64,000 bases of DNA, taken from a virus. The notes beneath the pieces were generated by a model that made no database searches, was not told the DNA's origin, and was given only the letters and a program-made list of their open reading frames with translations. A program made the translations under genes and the position numbers. Below, in pieces: positions 9,046 through 18,304 of this stretch. The stretch is from the IMG/VR virus record IMGVR_UViG_3300027797_000013, positions 1 to 64,000 of that record, one strand, 5' to 3'. The stretch's first letter is position 1, and each line of letters opens with the position of its first letter.

Positions 9046-10146
9046 ATGAAAGACTATACATATTTCTTTGAGATAAAGAACTTATTAACCCAATTTGTAG
9101 CTGCGTTTGACGAGACTACAATAAAGCGGTATAATAAGGATAGAGTACCTGAAGAGGTAATAGAGGTAAGATACGTACTCGCACCTAAGCAGCGAGTAAT
9201 ATATGATATAGTTAACAAAGCTCAGAACTTAACTCTGCCTGTTATTGCAGTTAATGTAACGAATGTAACTAGGGATAACGAAAGAGTCTTTAACAAGATT
9301 AATAACATACATAATTTTGTTACAGAAAAAGATAGTAGAACGGTAAGAATGCCGGTACCTATTAATATTACTGTTAGTATGTCTATATTAACCAGATATA
9401 TGGATGATATGGATCAAATACTTTCAAACTTTATACCTTTTAATAATCCATATATTATTCTTTCTTGGAAAGAACCAACAGGTATAGGTAACGATGTTTT
9501 TGAGATTAGATCTGAAGTACTATGGGATGGTACTATCTCACTAACCTCACCTACTGATACATCTTATTCTGATAAGTTTAGAGTCATAGCGGATACAACC
9601 TTTACCATTAAAGGTTGGCTGTTCAAAGATAAGAATGAAATAGCAACCCCTATCTATTTTATAGATGCAAATTTCAGTATACCAAGCAAGAACGCTAATT
9701 TAGAAATATATAGCGATACTGATTTAGATTCGCTTTCTGCTACTGAGTTAGAAACTATATCTTTATCCGCTTACCCAGCCATTACTAATCTATGGCATAA
9801 CTATCAGTCTAACCTACAACCTGTATATACTAACCTATCTCTTAATGGTGCGTTAACTGCTAATAATAATTTTATTATATACGGTTATAATTTCGATTAT
9901 ACAACAGCTATTGCGCTAAGTTCAAATAATAATACGCTTTATAATAATCTAACATCATTCAGCACCGCAAGAATGAGTACAGTATCAGGATTTAAGCTCA
10001 GCAGTTACGAAATATTAAGTCAAAACATTTTAAGTGTAACTATACCGTATACTCTCAATACAGGTCTTGTTGATGTTATGATAATAAATCCTGCAGGATA
10101 TGCTTCAACTTCATCTATTAGTGGAGTTGATATATTACTGAATTGA
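9046..10146 (+). CDS. tail sheath stabiliser/terminator, T4 gp15-like, with C-terminal Ig/IPT-like extension
   Basis: YFFEIKNLLTQFVAAF...YVLAPKQR...LPVIAV...RDNER...PVPINI...DQILSNFIP...FTIKGWLF. C-terminus IYGYNF...VDVMIINPAG. Confidence 0.8.
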   Translation: MKDYTYFFEIKNLLTQFVAAFDETTIKRYNKDRVPEEVIEVRYVLAPKQRVIYDIVNKAQNLTLPVIAVNVTNVTRDNERVFNKINNIHNFVTEKDSRTVRMPVPINITVSMSILTRYMDDMDQILSNFIPFNNPYIILSWKEPTGIGNDVFEIRSEVLWDGTISLTSPTDTSYSDKFRVIADTTFTIKGWLFKDKNEIATPIYFIDANFSIPSKNANLEIYSDTDLDSLSATELETISLSAYPAITNLWHNYQSNLQPVYTNLSLNGALTANNNFIIYGYNFDYTTAIALSSNNNTLYNNLTSFSTARMSTVSGFKLSSYEILSQNILSVTIPYTLNTGLVDVMIINPAGYASTSSISGVDILLN

Positions 10147-10175
10147 TAATGCAAAATAAGTAATAAATATAAACA

Positions 10176-11981
10176 ATGTCCGATCTCTCAACATCGCCTA
10201 ATAATAACAGATCATATGTTTCCGATGACGGAAGGTCTTCAACGTTCGGTAGGAACTTAGTTAATTATATACAGAATAAACTACCATACGTTAACGCTCG
10301 TCAAGAGAATGATCAGCTTAATACAAAATACAAATATTTCCGTAAAGCAGGAATTAGCAAAGCAGAAGCTCTCGCGAGAAACTCTATTTCATCATCTAAC
10401 GAATTCAATAATCTACCAATTGGTGACATTGGTAAAGATACGTCGTTTGGTGATGTCATGTATGCTAACATACAGCAGGATAAAGGAGGTAGACTTAGAG
10501 ACTATAGGGTAATGTCTGCCTACTCTGAAGTTGCAGATGCATTAGATGAATTATGCGATGAGACTATTAACGAAGATGATAATAAAAATATTGTTAACAT
10601 ATCGTTTAAAAATGTAGATCTAACTTTAAGAGATCGTGAAACAGTTGAAACGGAATTTCAGAAATATATTGAGTTTTTTGATTTTAAAAATAGAGGATGG
10701 CAGTATTTTAGACAGTTACTCATCGAAGGCGAGGTATTCTTTGAATTGATTATACACGAAGATTACACTAATGAAGGTGTTCTTGGTGTAATTAACCTTC
10801 CTTCTGAATTAATCGATCCTGTTTATAATAATATACAGAATATGATTGTAAAAGGTTTTATATACCGTAAGCCGATATATAATCCTAATAATCCGAATAA
10901 ACTTGAAAAAATGGAGTTTATACCAATGGAGGAGAATCAGATTGTTTATATTGACTCTGGTGTATACAACGAATCAAAAACCTTTGTTATACCGTTCTTA
11001 GAAAATGCACGTAGACCTTATCGTCAGTTAAGCTTAATTGAAGATTCCATTGTTATCTATCGCTTAGTTAGAGCGCCAGAACGTCTTGTCTTTAACGTAG
11101 ATGTAGGTAATATGTCTCCACCGAAAGCCGAGTCATACTTAAAGAAACTTATACAGCAGTACTGGTCACGAAAGACTTTTGACTTAGATCAAAACGATGT
11201 TGTTAAAAAGTTCAATCCACAATCTATGCTTGATGCTTTTTGGTTTGCTAAAAGGCAAGGGTCAGAAGGTACAAGTGTAACTCCATTACCTGGTGGTAGT
11301 AACCTAGGTGAATTGCAAGACTTGATGTACTTCATTAAGAAGCTATATCGCTCTCTCAAAGTACCTGCATCACGTTTAGATCCGCAAGATGCTGTCAAGG
11401 ATGGAGCTGAAATATTAAGAGAGGAACTAAAATTTGCAAAAGTTGTTATACGGTTACAACAGCATTTTGCAGCTGGTCTTAAAAAAGGATTTATAACTCA
11501 TCTTAAGCTTAAAGGTCTCTGGGATAAGTTTGATTTAACCACTAATAACATTGAATTATCTTTTAATGTACCTACTAACTTCTTTGAGATGAGAGAAAAT
11601 CAAAGATTAGAAGGTAGAGTTGGTAACTTTAATCAGCTGGCTTCAAGTGAATATATATCTAATACTTTTGCACAGAAAAAATATCTAGGCTGGAAGGATA
11701 AAGATATTCTAGCTAATAGAGAGTTCTTACGTAAAGATGCAGAATTACAGTGGGAGATAGCTCAAATAACTAACAGCGGACCAAACTGGATGGAAAATGT
11801 AGTTGTAGATGGTGCAGGAGAAGCAGGAGGTGATGCAACAGGTCTCGGCGCGCCACCATCAGGAGGTGGAGGTGATATACCTTCCTTCGGTGGAGGGCCG
11901 GCTACTACCGATACTGGTGGTGCAGAACCACCTCCGGCTGGAGGAGAAGAAGCCTCTACACCACCAGCACCAGCAGCATAA
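10176..11981 (+). CDS. portal protein, T4 gp20-like
   Basis: YRVMSAYSEVADALDE, EDSIVIYRLVRAPERLVFNVDVGNM, LPGGSNLGE, SLKVPASRL, REELKFAK. Gly/Pro-rich C-terminal tail. Confidence 0.97.
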   Translation: MSDLSTSPNNNRSYVSDDGRSSTFGRNLVNYIQNKLPYVNARQENDQLNTKYKYFRKAGISKAEALARNSISSSNEFNNLPIGDIGKDTSFGDVMYANIQQDKGGRLRDYRVMSAYSEVADALDELCDETINEDDNKNIVNISFKNVDLTLRDRETVETEFQKYIEFFDFKNRGWQYFRQLLIEGEVFFELIIHEDYTNEGVLGVINLPSELIDPVYNNIQNMIVKGFIYRKPIYNPNNPNKLEKMEFIPMEENQIVYIDSGVYNESKTFVIPFLENARRPYRQLSLIEDSIVIYRLVRAPERLVFNVDVGNMSPPKAESYLKKLIQQYWSRKTFDLDQNDVVKKFNPQSMLDAFWFAKRQGSEGTSVTPLPGGSNLGELQDLMYFIKKLYRSLKVPASRLDPQDAVKDGAEILREELKFAKVVIRLQQHFAAGLKKGFITHLKLKGLWDKFDLTTNNIELSFNVPTNFFEMRENQRLEGRVGNFNQLASSEYISNTFAQKKYLGWKDKDILANREFLRKDAELQWEIAQITNSGPNWMENVVVDGAGEAGGDATGLGAPPSGGGGDIPSFGGGPATTDTGGAEPPPAGGEEASTPPAPAA

Positions 11982-11997
11982 CTGACTAAATAACAAT

Positions 11998-13143
11998 ATG
12001 CCTGCTGCTTGTGAAGTAACACCAATCTCTGCCTTTTTATCTACTAACCTTAATAGTAAGATTGAATGCTATGAAAGATTAGGTGACAGAATAAAAAGAT
12101 CTTTAGGTTACCCTCTTATATCTTTAGAGATACATCAAGATCAACTATTTGAGAATATTCAAATAGGGATAGAGATGTTTTCAAAGTTTGCCGGATATAC
12201 TCGTGAATATCTTATATTTGATTCTAATCTTTATGAGAGGAACAAAGGTATTAGATTAGATTACTTGTTTACTATAGCTAATACGGAAAGAACACCTGCT
12301 CAAAAAGTATCTAATAGTCCAGCTGTACCAGACCCTAACTATAGTATATCAACACCTAACTCAGTCTTTATAGCAACATCTGCTGTAGCTAGTACAGTCT
12401 TTAGTTCATCATCCTCTCTGTCCTCTTTATTCTCAGCTGGTATTGATCAGTTTGATATATTAGATCAAACACTATATAGCAGCCTTACTAGCTTCTCACG
12501 AAGCCTAACAGCTGCATTTACAACATCACCAAGAAAGACTATAACCTTAGCATGTGAACCAACAACTGCAGTTACTTATAGTAATGCTTTTGACTACGAT
12601 ATAATGGACTATCGTAAAGTGATAGATGTAGTAGATTTCGAAGAAGGCTCTACAACTGGTATTAACACATTATTTACTTTAGAGCAAACCTTAGCTCAGC
12701 AGACGTACTTTAGTTACGCTTTAGGTAATTATGGTTTTGATTTACTATCATGGTATGCTCTAAAAGAGTTTATGGATACTCGTGAGAAGTTACTAGCTAC
12801 TACTAGAGACTTAAAGTTTGATCCAAGAACGCAGTATCTAACAATGTATCCTCAACCTAACACTAATCGATTCTATGGAGTTATATCATGTTATGTAGAG
12901 AGACCTATTAGAGACTTAGTCAAAGAGCATTGGGTATATCAATACGCTCTAGCTCTTTGTAAAATTACAATTGGCAGAGTAAGAAGTAAATTCGGAAGTG
13001 TTAGTCTCCTTGGTGGTGGGTCTTTAAACTATGATCTATTGCAAGAAGGTCTTTCAGAGAAAAAAGAATTAGAAGCACTACTCTACTCTGGTGCTACTCC
13101 TGGACTTTCTGATTCTGAGCCCGCTATGTTCTTCGTAGGTTAA
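11998..13143 (+). CDS. neck protein, T4 gp13-like
   Basis: RSLGYPLISLEI, WVYQYALALCK, GRVRSKF, LLGGGSLNYD, C-terminal PAMFFVG. Confidence 0.88.
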   Translation: MPAACEVTPISAFLSTNLNSKIECYERLGDRIKRSLGYPLISLEIHQDQLFENIQIGIEMFSKFAGYTREYLIFDSNLYERNKGIRLDYLFTIANTERTPAQKVSNSPAVPDPNYSISTPNSVFIATSAVASTVFSSSSSLSSLFSAGIDQFDILDQTLYSSLTSFSRSLTAAFTTSPRKTITLACEPTTAVTYSNAFDYDIMDYRKVIDVVDFEEGSTTGINTLFTLEQTLAQQTYFSYALGNYGFDLLSWYALKEFMDTREKLLATTRDLKFDPRTQYLTMYPQPNTNRFYGVISCYVERPIRDLVKEHWVYQYALALCKITIGRVRSKFGSVSLLGGGSLNYDLLQEGLSEKKELEALLYSGATPGLSDSEPAMFFVG

Positions 13144-13145
13144 TT

Positions 13146-13586
13146 ATGAGTTCTAAATATAAACAAGGTACATATAGACCAAGGAATCCTGATAAGTTTA
13201 TAGGTTCAACAGCTACCTATAGATCAGGATTAGAATTAAAATTTTTTAGATTCTGCGACTATAATCCTAATATAGTAAAATGGTCAAGTGAGTCAGTGGT
13301 TGTACCTTACATTTCACCAATTGATGGCAAGGTACACAGATACTTTGTAGATAACTATGTAGTTATTAAAGAAGGTAACATTCTAAAAAAGTATCTAGTA
13401 GAGATTAAACCTTATAAACAAACGCTACCTCCTCAGACCAAATACAGAAAAAGAGAGCATTTATTATACGAGCAGAACATGTGGATTGTAAATCAAGCTA
13501 AATGGACTAGTGCACAAGAATATTGCAAGAAGAAAGGGTTAAACTTCTTGATAATAACTGAGAAAGAATTAATTAATAGGAAATAG
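13146..13586 (+). CDS. head completion nuclease, T4 gp4-like
   Basis: YKQGTYRPRNPDKF, YRSGLELKF, WSSE, HRYFVD, VEIKP, NQAKW, IITEKEL. Confidence 0.92.
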   Translation: MSSKYKQGTYRPRNPDKFIGSTATYRSGLELKFFRFCDYNPNIVKWSSESVVVPYISPIDGKVHRYFVDNYVVIKEGNILKKYLVEIKPYKQTLPPQTKYRKREHLLYEQNMWIVNQAKWTSAQEYCKKKGLNFLIITEKELINRK

Positions 13587-13611
13587 TTAACATGAGCATA
13601 AATAAATCTAT

Positions 13612-14277
13612 ATGTCATTAAAGCTTAATCTTCTAATTGGTCAAACTGCTCATGAGGATACCTTTGAGTATATCGTAGAAGAAACTAATCGAAATACCCC
13701 GTCTAACCTTTACATTAAAGGTCCATACATGATGGCTGAAAGTATTAATAAAAATAAACGTATCTACCCTATTGATGAACTTCGTAATGAAGTAAGTCGA
13801 TATAATGAAGAGATGGTCAAAACAGGTAGAGCGATGGGAGAATTAAATCACCCTGCTGCAGCTGATGTTAATTTGGAAAGAGCGTGTCATATAGTAACTG
13901 AATTATATGAGAAAGACAATGTCTTTTACGGTAAATCTAAAGTCTTAACTACACCGTGTGGTCAGATTGTAAGATCATTAATTAATGATGGGGTTAAAGT
14001 AGGTATGTCATCTCGTGCGTTAGGTACTTTAGAAGAGCAGAGGGGTCATAATATTGTAAGAAATGTAAAGCTAATCGCTGTAGATTGCGTAGCTGACCCA
14101 TCATATCCTCAAGCTATTGTATCTGCAGTATTAGAGTCTAAGCAGTGGATACTAAACGATCATGGTAAATTTGAAGAAGCCTTTGATGTATTAGATAAAA
14201 CATTAAGCAAGCTACCTAAGAAAGATGTAGATGGCTTTTTATTGCAACAAATTATGAATTTTATTAACAAGCTATAA
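13612..14277 (+). CDS. prohead core protease, T4 gp21-like
   Basis: NKNKRIY, AMGELNHP, TPCGQIVRSL, GMSSRALG, DCVADPS. Confidence 0.95.
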   Translation: MSLKLNLLIGQTAHEDTFEYIVEETNRNTPSNLYIKGPYMMAESINKNKRIYPIDELRNEVSRYNEEMVKTGRAMGELNHPAAADVNLERACHIVTELYEKDNVFYGKSKVLTTPCGQIVRSLINDGVKVGMSSRALGTLEEQRGHNIVRNVKLIAVDCVADPSYPQAIVSAVLESKQWILNDHGKFEEAFDVLDKTLSKLPKKDVDGFLLQQIMNFINKL

Positions 14278-14280
14278 ATA
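14273..14280 (+). promoter_or_regulatory. T4-type late promoter TATAAATA
   Basis: Exact TATAAATA, 6 nt before ATG 14287. Representative of many TAAATA sites listed in the findings. Confidence 0.7.
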
Positions 14281-14286
14281 TTGTAT

Positions 14287-14460
14287 ATGAAAGTTTCTTC
14301 TCAGAGCAAGCCAGTGTCAACAGATATATATAGTATACATAAATTTATTTCTGCCCTTTCTTTAAAAAATTATGCAGCAGCTAATAAATACTTAAAGAGC
14401 GCTATTGAGTCAAAGCTCAAGAATCGAATCAACAATCAGCTCGATACACCTTTATTCTAA
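14287..14460 (+). CDS. small prohead core-like protein (57 aa; not in the ORF track)
   Basis: Translated by hand: MKVSSQSKPVSTDIYSIHKFISALSLKNYAAANKYLKSAIESKLKNRINNQLDTPLF. Fills the gap between protease and scaffold after a late promoter. Confidence 0.65.
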   Translation: MKVSSQSKPVSTDIYSIHKFISALSLKNYAAANKYLKSAIESKLKNRINNQLDTPLF

Positions 14461-14463
14461 CAC

Positions 14464-15312
14464 ATGAAAGTTAAAAACATTTTACCTGATCAAGTTAAAG
14501 ATCTTCTCACTGAAGACTCTTTAAATACTATCGAGACTGCTCTTCAAGAAAAGACATCTCTTCTTATTGAGACTGCACTTATAAATCAAGATGAGCTTTA
14601 CTCACAGAAGCTACAACAGCTAATGAAGGCCATTGATAAAGATCATACCTCAAAGCTAAAGCGGGTAGTTGAAGCAGTAGATATTTCAAACGCTCGTAAG
14701 CTTTCAACTGTTGTTAAACGGTATGAAAAAGAGATCAATAAGAACGCCAAGTCCTTCAAGAATACCTTAGTCGAGTCTATTTCTGATTACTTAGAAGAGT
14801 ATATCGATGAAGCAATTCCTAAGGATGCAATTGTTGAAGCTACTAAGAATAAGACTGCTCTAAGTGTTCTAACCAATCTTCGTAAAGTACTTGCTGTTGA
14901 CGCTGCTCTAATGAAAGAGTCAGTTAAAGAAGCCGTTCAAGACGGAAAGACTCAGTTAGACACTCTTAGTGAGCAAGTAACTAAGTTAGAGAGAGAAAAT
15001 AAAATTCTCAAAGAATCTTATCTTAAGACCAAGGCTGATCTTATCCTCGAAGAAAAGACTTCAGACTTACCTGATAAGAAGAAAGAGTATATCAAGAAAG
15101 TTCTAGGTGATAAGACTCCTAAGTTTATCGAAGAAAACTTCGATTATACTCTCAGACTTTTTGATAAGAAAGAAAAGGAAAAGATTTCACAGCTTAAGGA
15201 TGAAGCCTTTAGTCGTAGAGTAGTTAAAACTGATGCACCGCGCGTCAATCTACAAGAGTCTACCACCAAAACCATTAACCCTTACGTAGACGCTTTACAG
15301 CGTAACAGATAA
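14464..15312 (+). CDS. prohead scaffold, T4 gp22-like
   Basis: Charged coiled-coil protein with LVESISDYLEEY and a C-terminal NPYVDAL, located between protease and major capsid. Confidence 0.85.
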   Translation: MKVKNILPDQVKDLLTEDSLNTIETALQEKTSLLIETALINQDELYSQKLQQLMKAIDKDHTSKLKRVVEAVDISNARKLSTVVKRYEKEINKNAKSFKNTLVESISDYLEEYIDEAIPKDAIVEATKNKTALSVLTNLRKVLAVDAALMKESVKEAVQDGKTQLDTLSEQVTKLERENKILKESYLKTKADLILEEKTSDLPDKKKEYIKKVLGDKTPKFIEENFDYTLRLFDKKEKEKISQLKDEAFSRRVVKTDAPRVNLQESTTKTINPYVDALQRNR

Positions 15313-15400
15313 TTTTTCACCCTAATAATGAGGTACCTCGGTACCTGAGTAACATAGATTTAATCTATGAAGGTCGAATAAAAGGAAAATAAAAAAAATT

Positions 15401-16840
15401 ATGAATAAACCACAGTCATTTATTGATAGATCAAGAGCTGAGACCCTTCTAGAGAAGTGGGCTCCAGTACTTGATTTCAAGTCAAACTCAATCAAGGAAA
15501 TTGACAACGAGAATACTCGTCTCAATACCGCTATTCTTCTTGAGAACCAAGAAAAATGGTGCTTTGAGCAATCCGGTAACACCTCTGCTTTAGGAGCTAA
15601 TGCAGGAGATTCTCCTCGGAGTTTCTCTTCAACAGACAATTACGCACAAGGTGATTCTCGTTTGCCTAAGATCCTTATTCCAATGATACGTCGTACATTC
15701 CCAGAGTTGATTTCGAATGAAATCGTCGGTGTACAGCCTATGTCTGGTCCAGTCGGTCTTGCTTTCGCTTTACGCTATAAGTACGATTCTGCTGGTCTCG
15801 GCTCTGGTGGCATTGACGGCGGCTCGTCTGCTCTTGGCACTCACACCACTGTTGGCAATGCTAACGGTAGAGAGCTAGGTTATCAGTACGTTGATACCAG
15901 ATTCACTGGTACATCTTCGGGTGTACTTTCTGGTAACGCTGCATGGTCCTTCACTCAACAAGATCAAGGTGTTGCTGAAATCCTCAAGAACTTTGAGATT
16001 CAAAACAACATCCCACAGGTTAACGTAACCTTCGAGAAAACAGCTGTTGAAGCTGGTACTCGTAGATTAGGTGCCCGTTGGTCTGTTGAGCTCGAACAGG
16101 ATCTTAAGAACATGAATGGTATCGATATCGATTCTGAAATCACTAACGCTATGTCGTATGAGATTCAGGCCGAAATCGACCGTGAAATGATCATGAGAAT
16201 GGTCCAGTCAGCTCTTAATGCACAAGGCGGTCAAGGGTATTCCTTCTGGAACCCAGCCTCTGCAGACGGTCGTTGGTTAGTTGAGAGAAATAGAGACTTC
16301 TATCAGCGGTTAATCATTGAAGCAAACAGAATCGCTGTCCGTAACCGGCGCGGTGCTGCTAACTTCATCGTTGCTACTCCTCGTGTTTGCGCTATCCTCG
16401 AGATGCTCCCTGAATTCCAGTGGGTACCTGTACAGGGTGACGTTTCAACACAGCCAGTAGGCATCGCCAAGATTGGCTCTGTCGGAGGTCGGTTTAGCGT
16501 TTATCGTGATACACGTACTGAAGTACAAAACGCCACTCAATATGGCACTCAAGGATACACCTCACAAGCTGATGGATCTGCATATTCTAATACTGTAGAA
16601 TATGCTCTTCTAGGCTATAAAGGTCCTGAGTTTTACGACACCGGTATCATCTACTGTCCTTACATTCCGATCATGGTACAAAGAACCATCGGCCCGAATG
16701 ACTTCGCTCCACGTGTAGGCTTGCTTACTCGTTATGGCGTTGTCAATAACATATTCGGTTCCGAACTCTACTACCATGTCATCATTATCCAGGGCTTAGG
16801 TCAAGCGTTCACTCCATCCAATCAGTCAGTCTACTTTTAA
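15401..16840 (+). CDS. major capsid protein, T4 gp23-like
   Basis: LLEKWAPVL, TAILLENQ, LIPMIRRTFP, GVQPMSGPVGLAFALR, WSVELEQDL, EIQAEIDRE, GYKG, YCPYIP, TRYG. Confidence 0.98.
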   Translation: MNKPQSFIDRSRAETLLEKWAPVLDFKSNSIKEIDNENTRLNTAILLENQEKWCFEQSGNTSALGANAGDSPRSFSSTDNYAQGDSRLPKILIPMIRRTFPELISNEIVGVQPMSGPVGLAFALRYKYDSAGLGSGGIDGGSSALGTHTTVGNANGRELGYQYVDTRFTGTSSGVLSGNAAWSFTQQDQGVAEILKNFEIQNNIPQVNVTFEKTAVEAGTRRLGARWSVELEQDLKNMNGIDIDSEITNAMSYEIQAEIDREMIMRMVQSALNAQGGQGYSFWNPASADGRWLVERNRDFYQRLIIEANRIAVRNRRGAANFIVATPRVCAILEMLPEFQWVPVQGDVSTQPVGIAKIGSVGGRFSVYRDTRTEVQNATQYGTQGYTSQADGSAYSNTVEYALLGYKGPEFYDTGIIYCPYIPIMVQRTIGPNDFAPRVGLLTRYGVVNNIFGSELYYHVIIIQGLGQAFTPSNQSVYF

Positions 16841-16865
16841 TAGCTAGCTATTAAATAGACAAATT

Positions 16866-16904
16866 AGCCCATGTGAGAGCAATCTCACATGGGCTTCTCC
16901 TTTT
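16866..16904 (+). terminator. rho-independent terminator after the major capsid gene
   Basis: agcccatgtgaga-GCAA-tctcacatgggct: 13-bp stem with a GNRA loop, followed by tctcctttt. Confidence 0.8.
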
Positions 16905-16954
16905 ATAACAAACTATAAATTCATTTTATTGTATAAAAAGACATAAATAATAGT

Positions 16955-17371
16955 ATGGCATTTATTTCATATAACAATCAAGCTCTATCTGCATTTGGGC
17001 AAACTCCATCTAATCTTGCATGGTCTTTATCAGGTACTGGTTTACCTAAAACTGTTGAACTACGTACTGTTGGTGTAGGTCCAAGTAATGTAGCTTATTC
17101 AGGCACTAAACAGGTAAGAGGTTTACTTTTTAATTCTTTAACTAATCCAGCATCTGGAACTGGTATAATGGTAACATTATCTGCGTTTAATGGAACTAGC
17201 TTTAGAGTTGATAGGGCATATCAAGGAGCTACCTTAAGTATCCTATTTACGGACAACTCTTCTTCTTTCTTTGTTTGTCAAACTGGTACAGTTGTTCAAT
17301 CCTTAACTTACAACGGGTTTGACAGTGTCTCGCCAGAATCTAGACGTAAGGTATTGTTAGGAATGTACTAA
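16955..17371 (+). CDS. putative virion (capsid decoration-like) protein
   Basis: Follows gp23, has its own TAAATA-N5-ATG, and is S/T/G-rich with beta-type composition. Confidence 0.5.
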   Translation: MAFISYNNQALSAFGQTPSNLAWSLSGTGLPKTVELRTVGVGPSNVAYSGTKQVRGLLFNSLTNPASGTGIMVTLSAFNGTSFRVDRAYQGATLSILFTDNSSSFFVCQTGTVVQSLTYNGFDSVSPESRRKVLLGMY

Positions 17372-17393
17372 GCTCACTTAGAGTAAAAAATTT

Positions 17394-17431
17394 AAAAGCC
17401 GGGAGATATATAATATTTCTCCCGGCTTTTT
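17394..17431. terminator. bidirectional rho-independent terminator
   Basis: aaaagccgggaga...tctcccggcttttt between convergent transcription units. Confidence 0.85.
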
Positions 17432-17553
17432 ATGTAATGACCACACTATTGACACCTAAATGCTCAATGAATCTCTATGTCTGCTAAAGGTCATTTTAAG
17501 TTATAAATGGCACTGTTATCTATTACAGACAAGGAGAGACACAATTTAAACAC

Positions 17554-17583
17554 AAAAAAATACCGTACGACTGTACGGTATTT
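17554..17583 (-). terminator. rho-independent terminator
   Basis: aaaaaaataccgtac-gact-gtacggtattt; the U-tract is on the minus strand, after the small ORF 17607-17780. Confidence 0.75.
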
Positions 17584-17606
17584 CTTAAAGCACTATACTA
17601 CTAAAT

Positions 17607-17780
17607 TCATCCTTCTTCACCTTCAACAACAGGTGGTGCGATTGCTCTTTCGAATTTATCGAATAGAATAACCGCTGCTTTAGCTACTTGAATACCTCCA
17701 GACTTAATTGAGATATCAATTAGCTGTAGTAGTACTTGTGCTTCGTTCTTAGTGAACGTTAATGTTACTTGTTCTTCCAT
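17607..17780 (-). CDS. small hypothetical protein (57 aa; not in the ORF track)
   Basis: Translated by hand: MEEQVTLTFTKNEAQVLLQLIDISIKSGGIQVAKAAVILFDKFERAIAPPVVEGEEG; followed by a terminator. Confidence 0.65.
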   Translation of the reverse strand: MEEQVTLTFTKNEAQVLLQLIDISIKSGGIQVAKAAVILFDKFERAIAPPVVEGEEG

Positions 17781-17816
17781 GGTAACTTAATTTAATATAA
17801 ACTACTTATTTTTCAA

Positions 17817-18272
17817 CTAAGAGTAGTAGTTTTTTGTAGTAGTTTTTCTAGTTCGAACTACAGCCTCGACGATCAGTTCTGGTTCGACTACTGGTTCTAC
17901 GATAACTTCAGGCTCTACGATAACTTCAGGCTCTACGATAACTTCAGGCTCAACTACAGGAGGTATAATAGGGTTATTCTGTTGCTCAATCCATGTACGA
18001 AGAGGTCCAACACATCCTATTACAGCTTGGAATGCAGCAGCTACTTCAGGTACTTCATTAATAGCTTCCCATAATCTATCTGTTCGAACTGACTGAACTA
18101 GTGAGCCTGCTCCAATCTCTTGACTGTTGGGATCGTATGGTAGTAGCTCAATGTTAACAGCGCCAGTACTAACAGTAGGTGCATGGACGTTAAGGTTATA
18201 TACCCATTGCTCTGAGAAGACTTTTTCAGGAATTGCAGGTATTACGATTGGTGTTTGTGGTATGATTGCCAT
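17817..18272 (-). CDS. hypothetical fibre-associated protein with PEVIVE repeats
   Basis: Last large gene of the fibre cluster; acidic Pro-rich repeat tail. Confidence 0.55.
   Translation of the reverse strand: MAIIPQTPIVIPAIPEKVFSEQWVYNLNVHAPTVSTGAVNIELLPYDPNSQEIGAGSLVQSVRTDRLWEAINEVPEVAAAFQAVIGCVGPLRTWIEQQNNPIIPPVVEPEVIVEPEVIVEPEVIVEPVVEPELIVEAVVRTRKTTTKNYYS
17896..17949. repeat. 3 x 18-bp perfect tandem repeat (encodes PEVIVE)
   Basis: tctacgataacttcaggc three times. Confidence 0.95.
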
Positions 18273-18304
18273 ATTTAAGTATAATCTAGTTTTTAAAAAT
18301 TCAA

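Noticed and set aside
13146-13586. TnsA-like transposase or mobile element
   Set aside because: Sequence and position match the T4 gp4 head-completion nuclease, which shares that fold; there are no transposon ends or partner genes.
15313-15400. Possible hammerhead ribozyme (two stems with CTGAG...GAAG)
   Set aside because: The core reads CUGAGUA and GAAG rather than CUGANGA and GAAA, and no third stem or cleavage triplet is evident.
17432-17553. tRNA or other ncRNA between the two terminators
   Set aside because: No cloverleaf, T-loop motif or convincing stem is visible.
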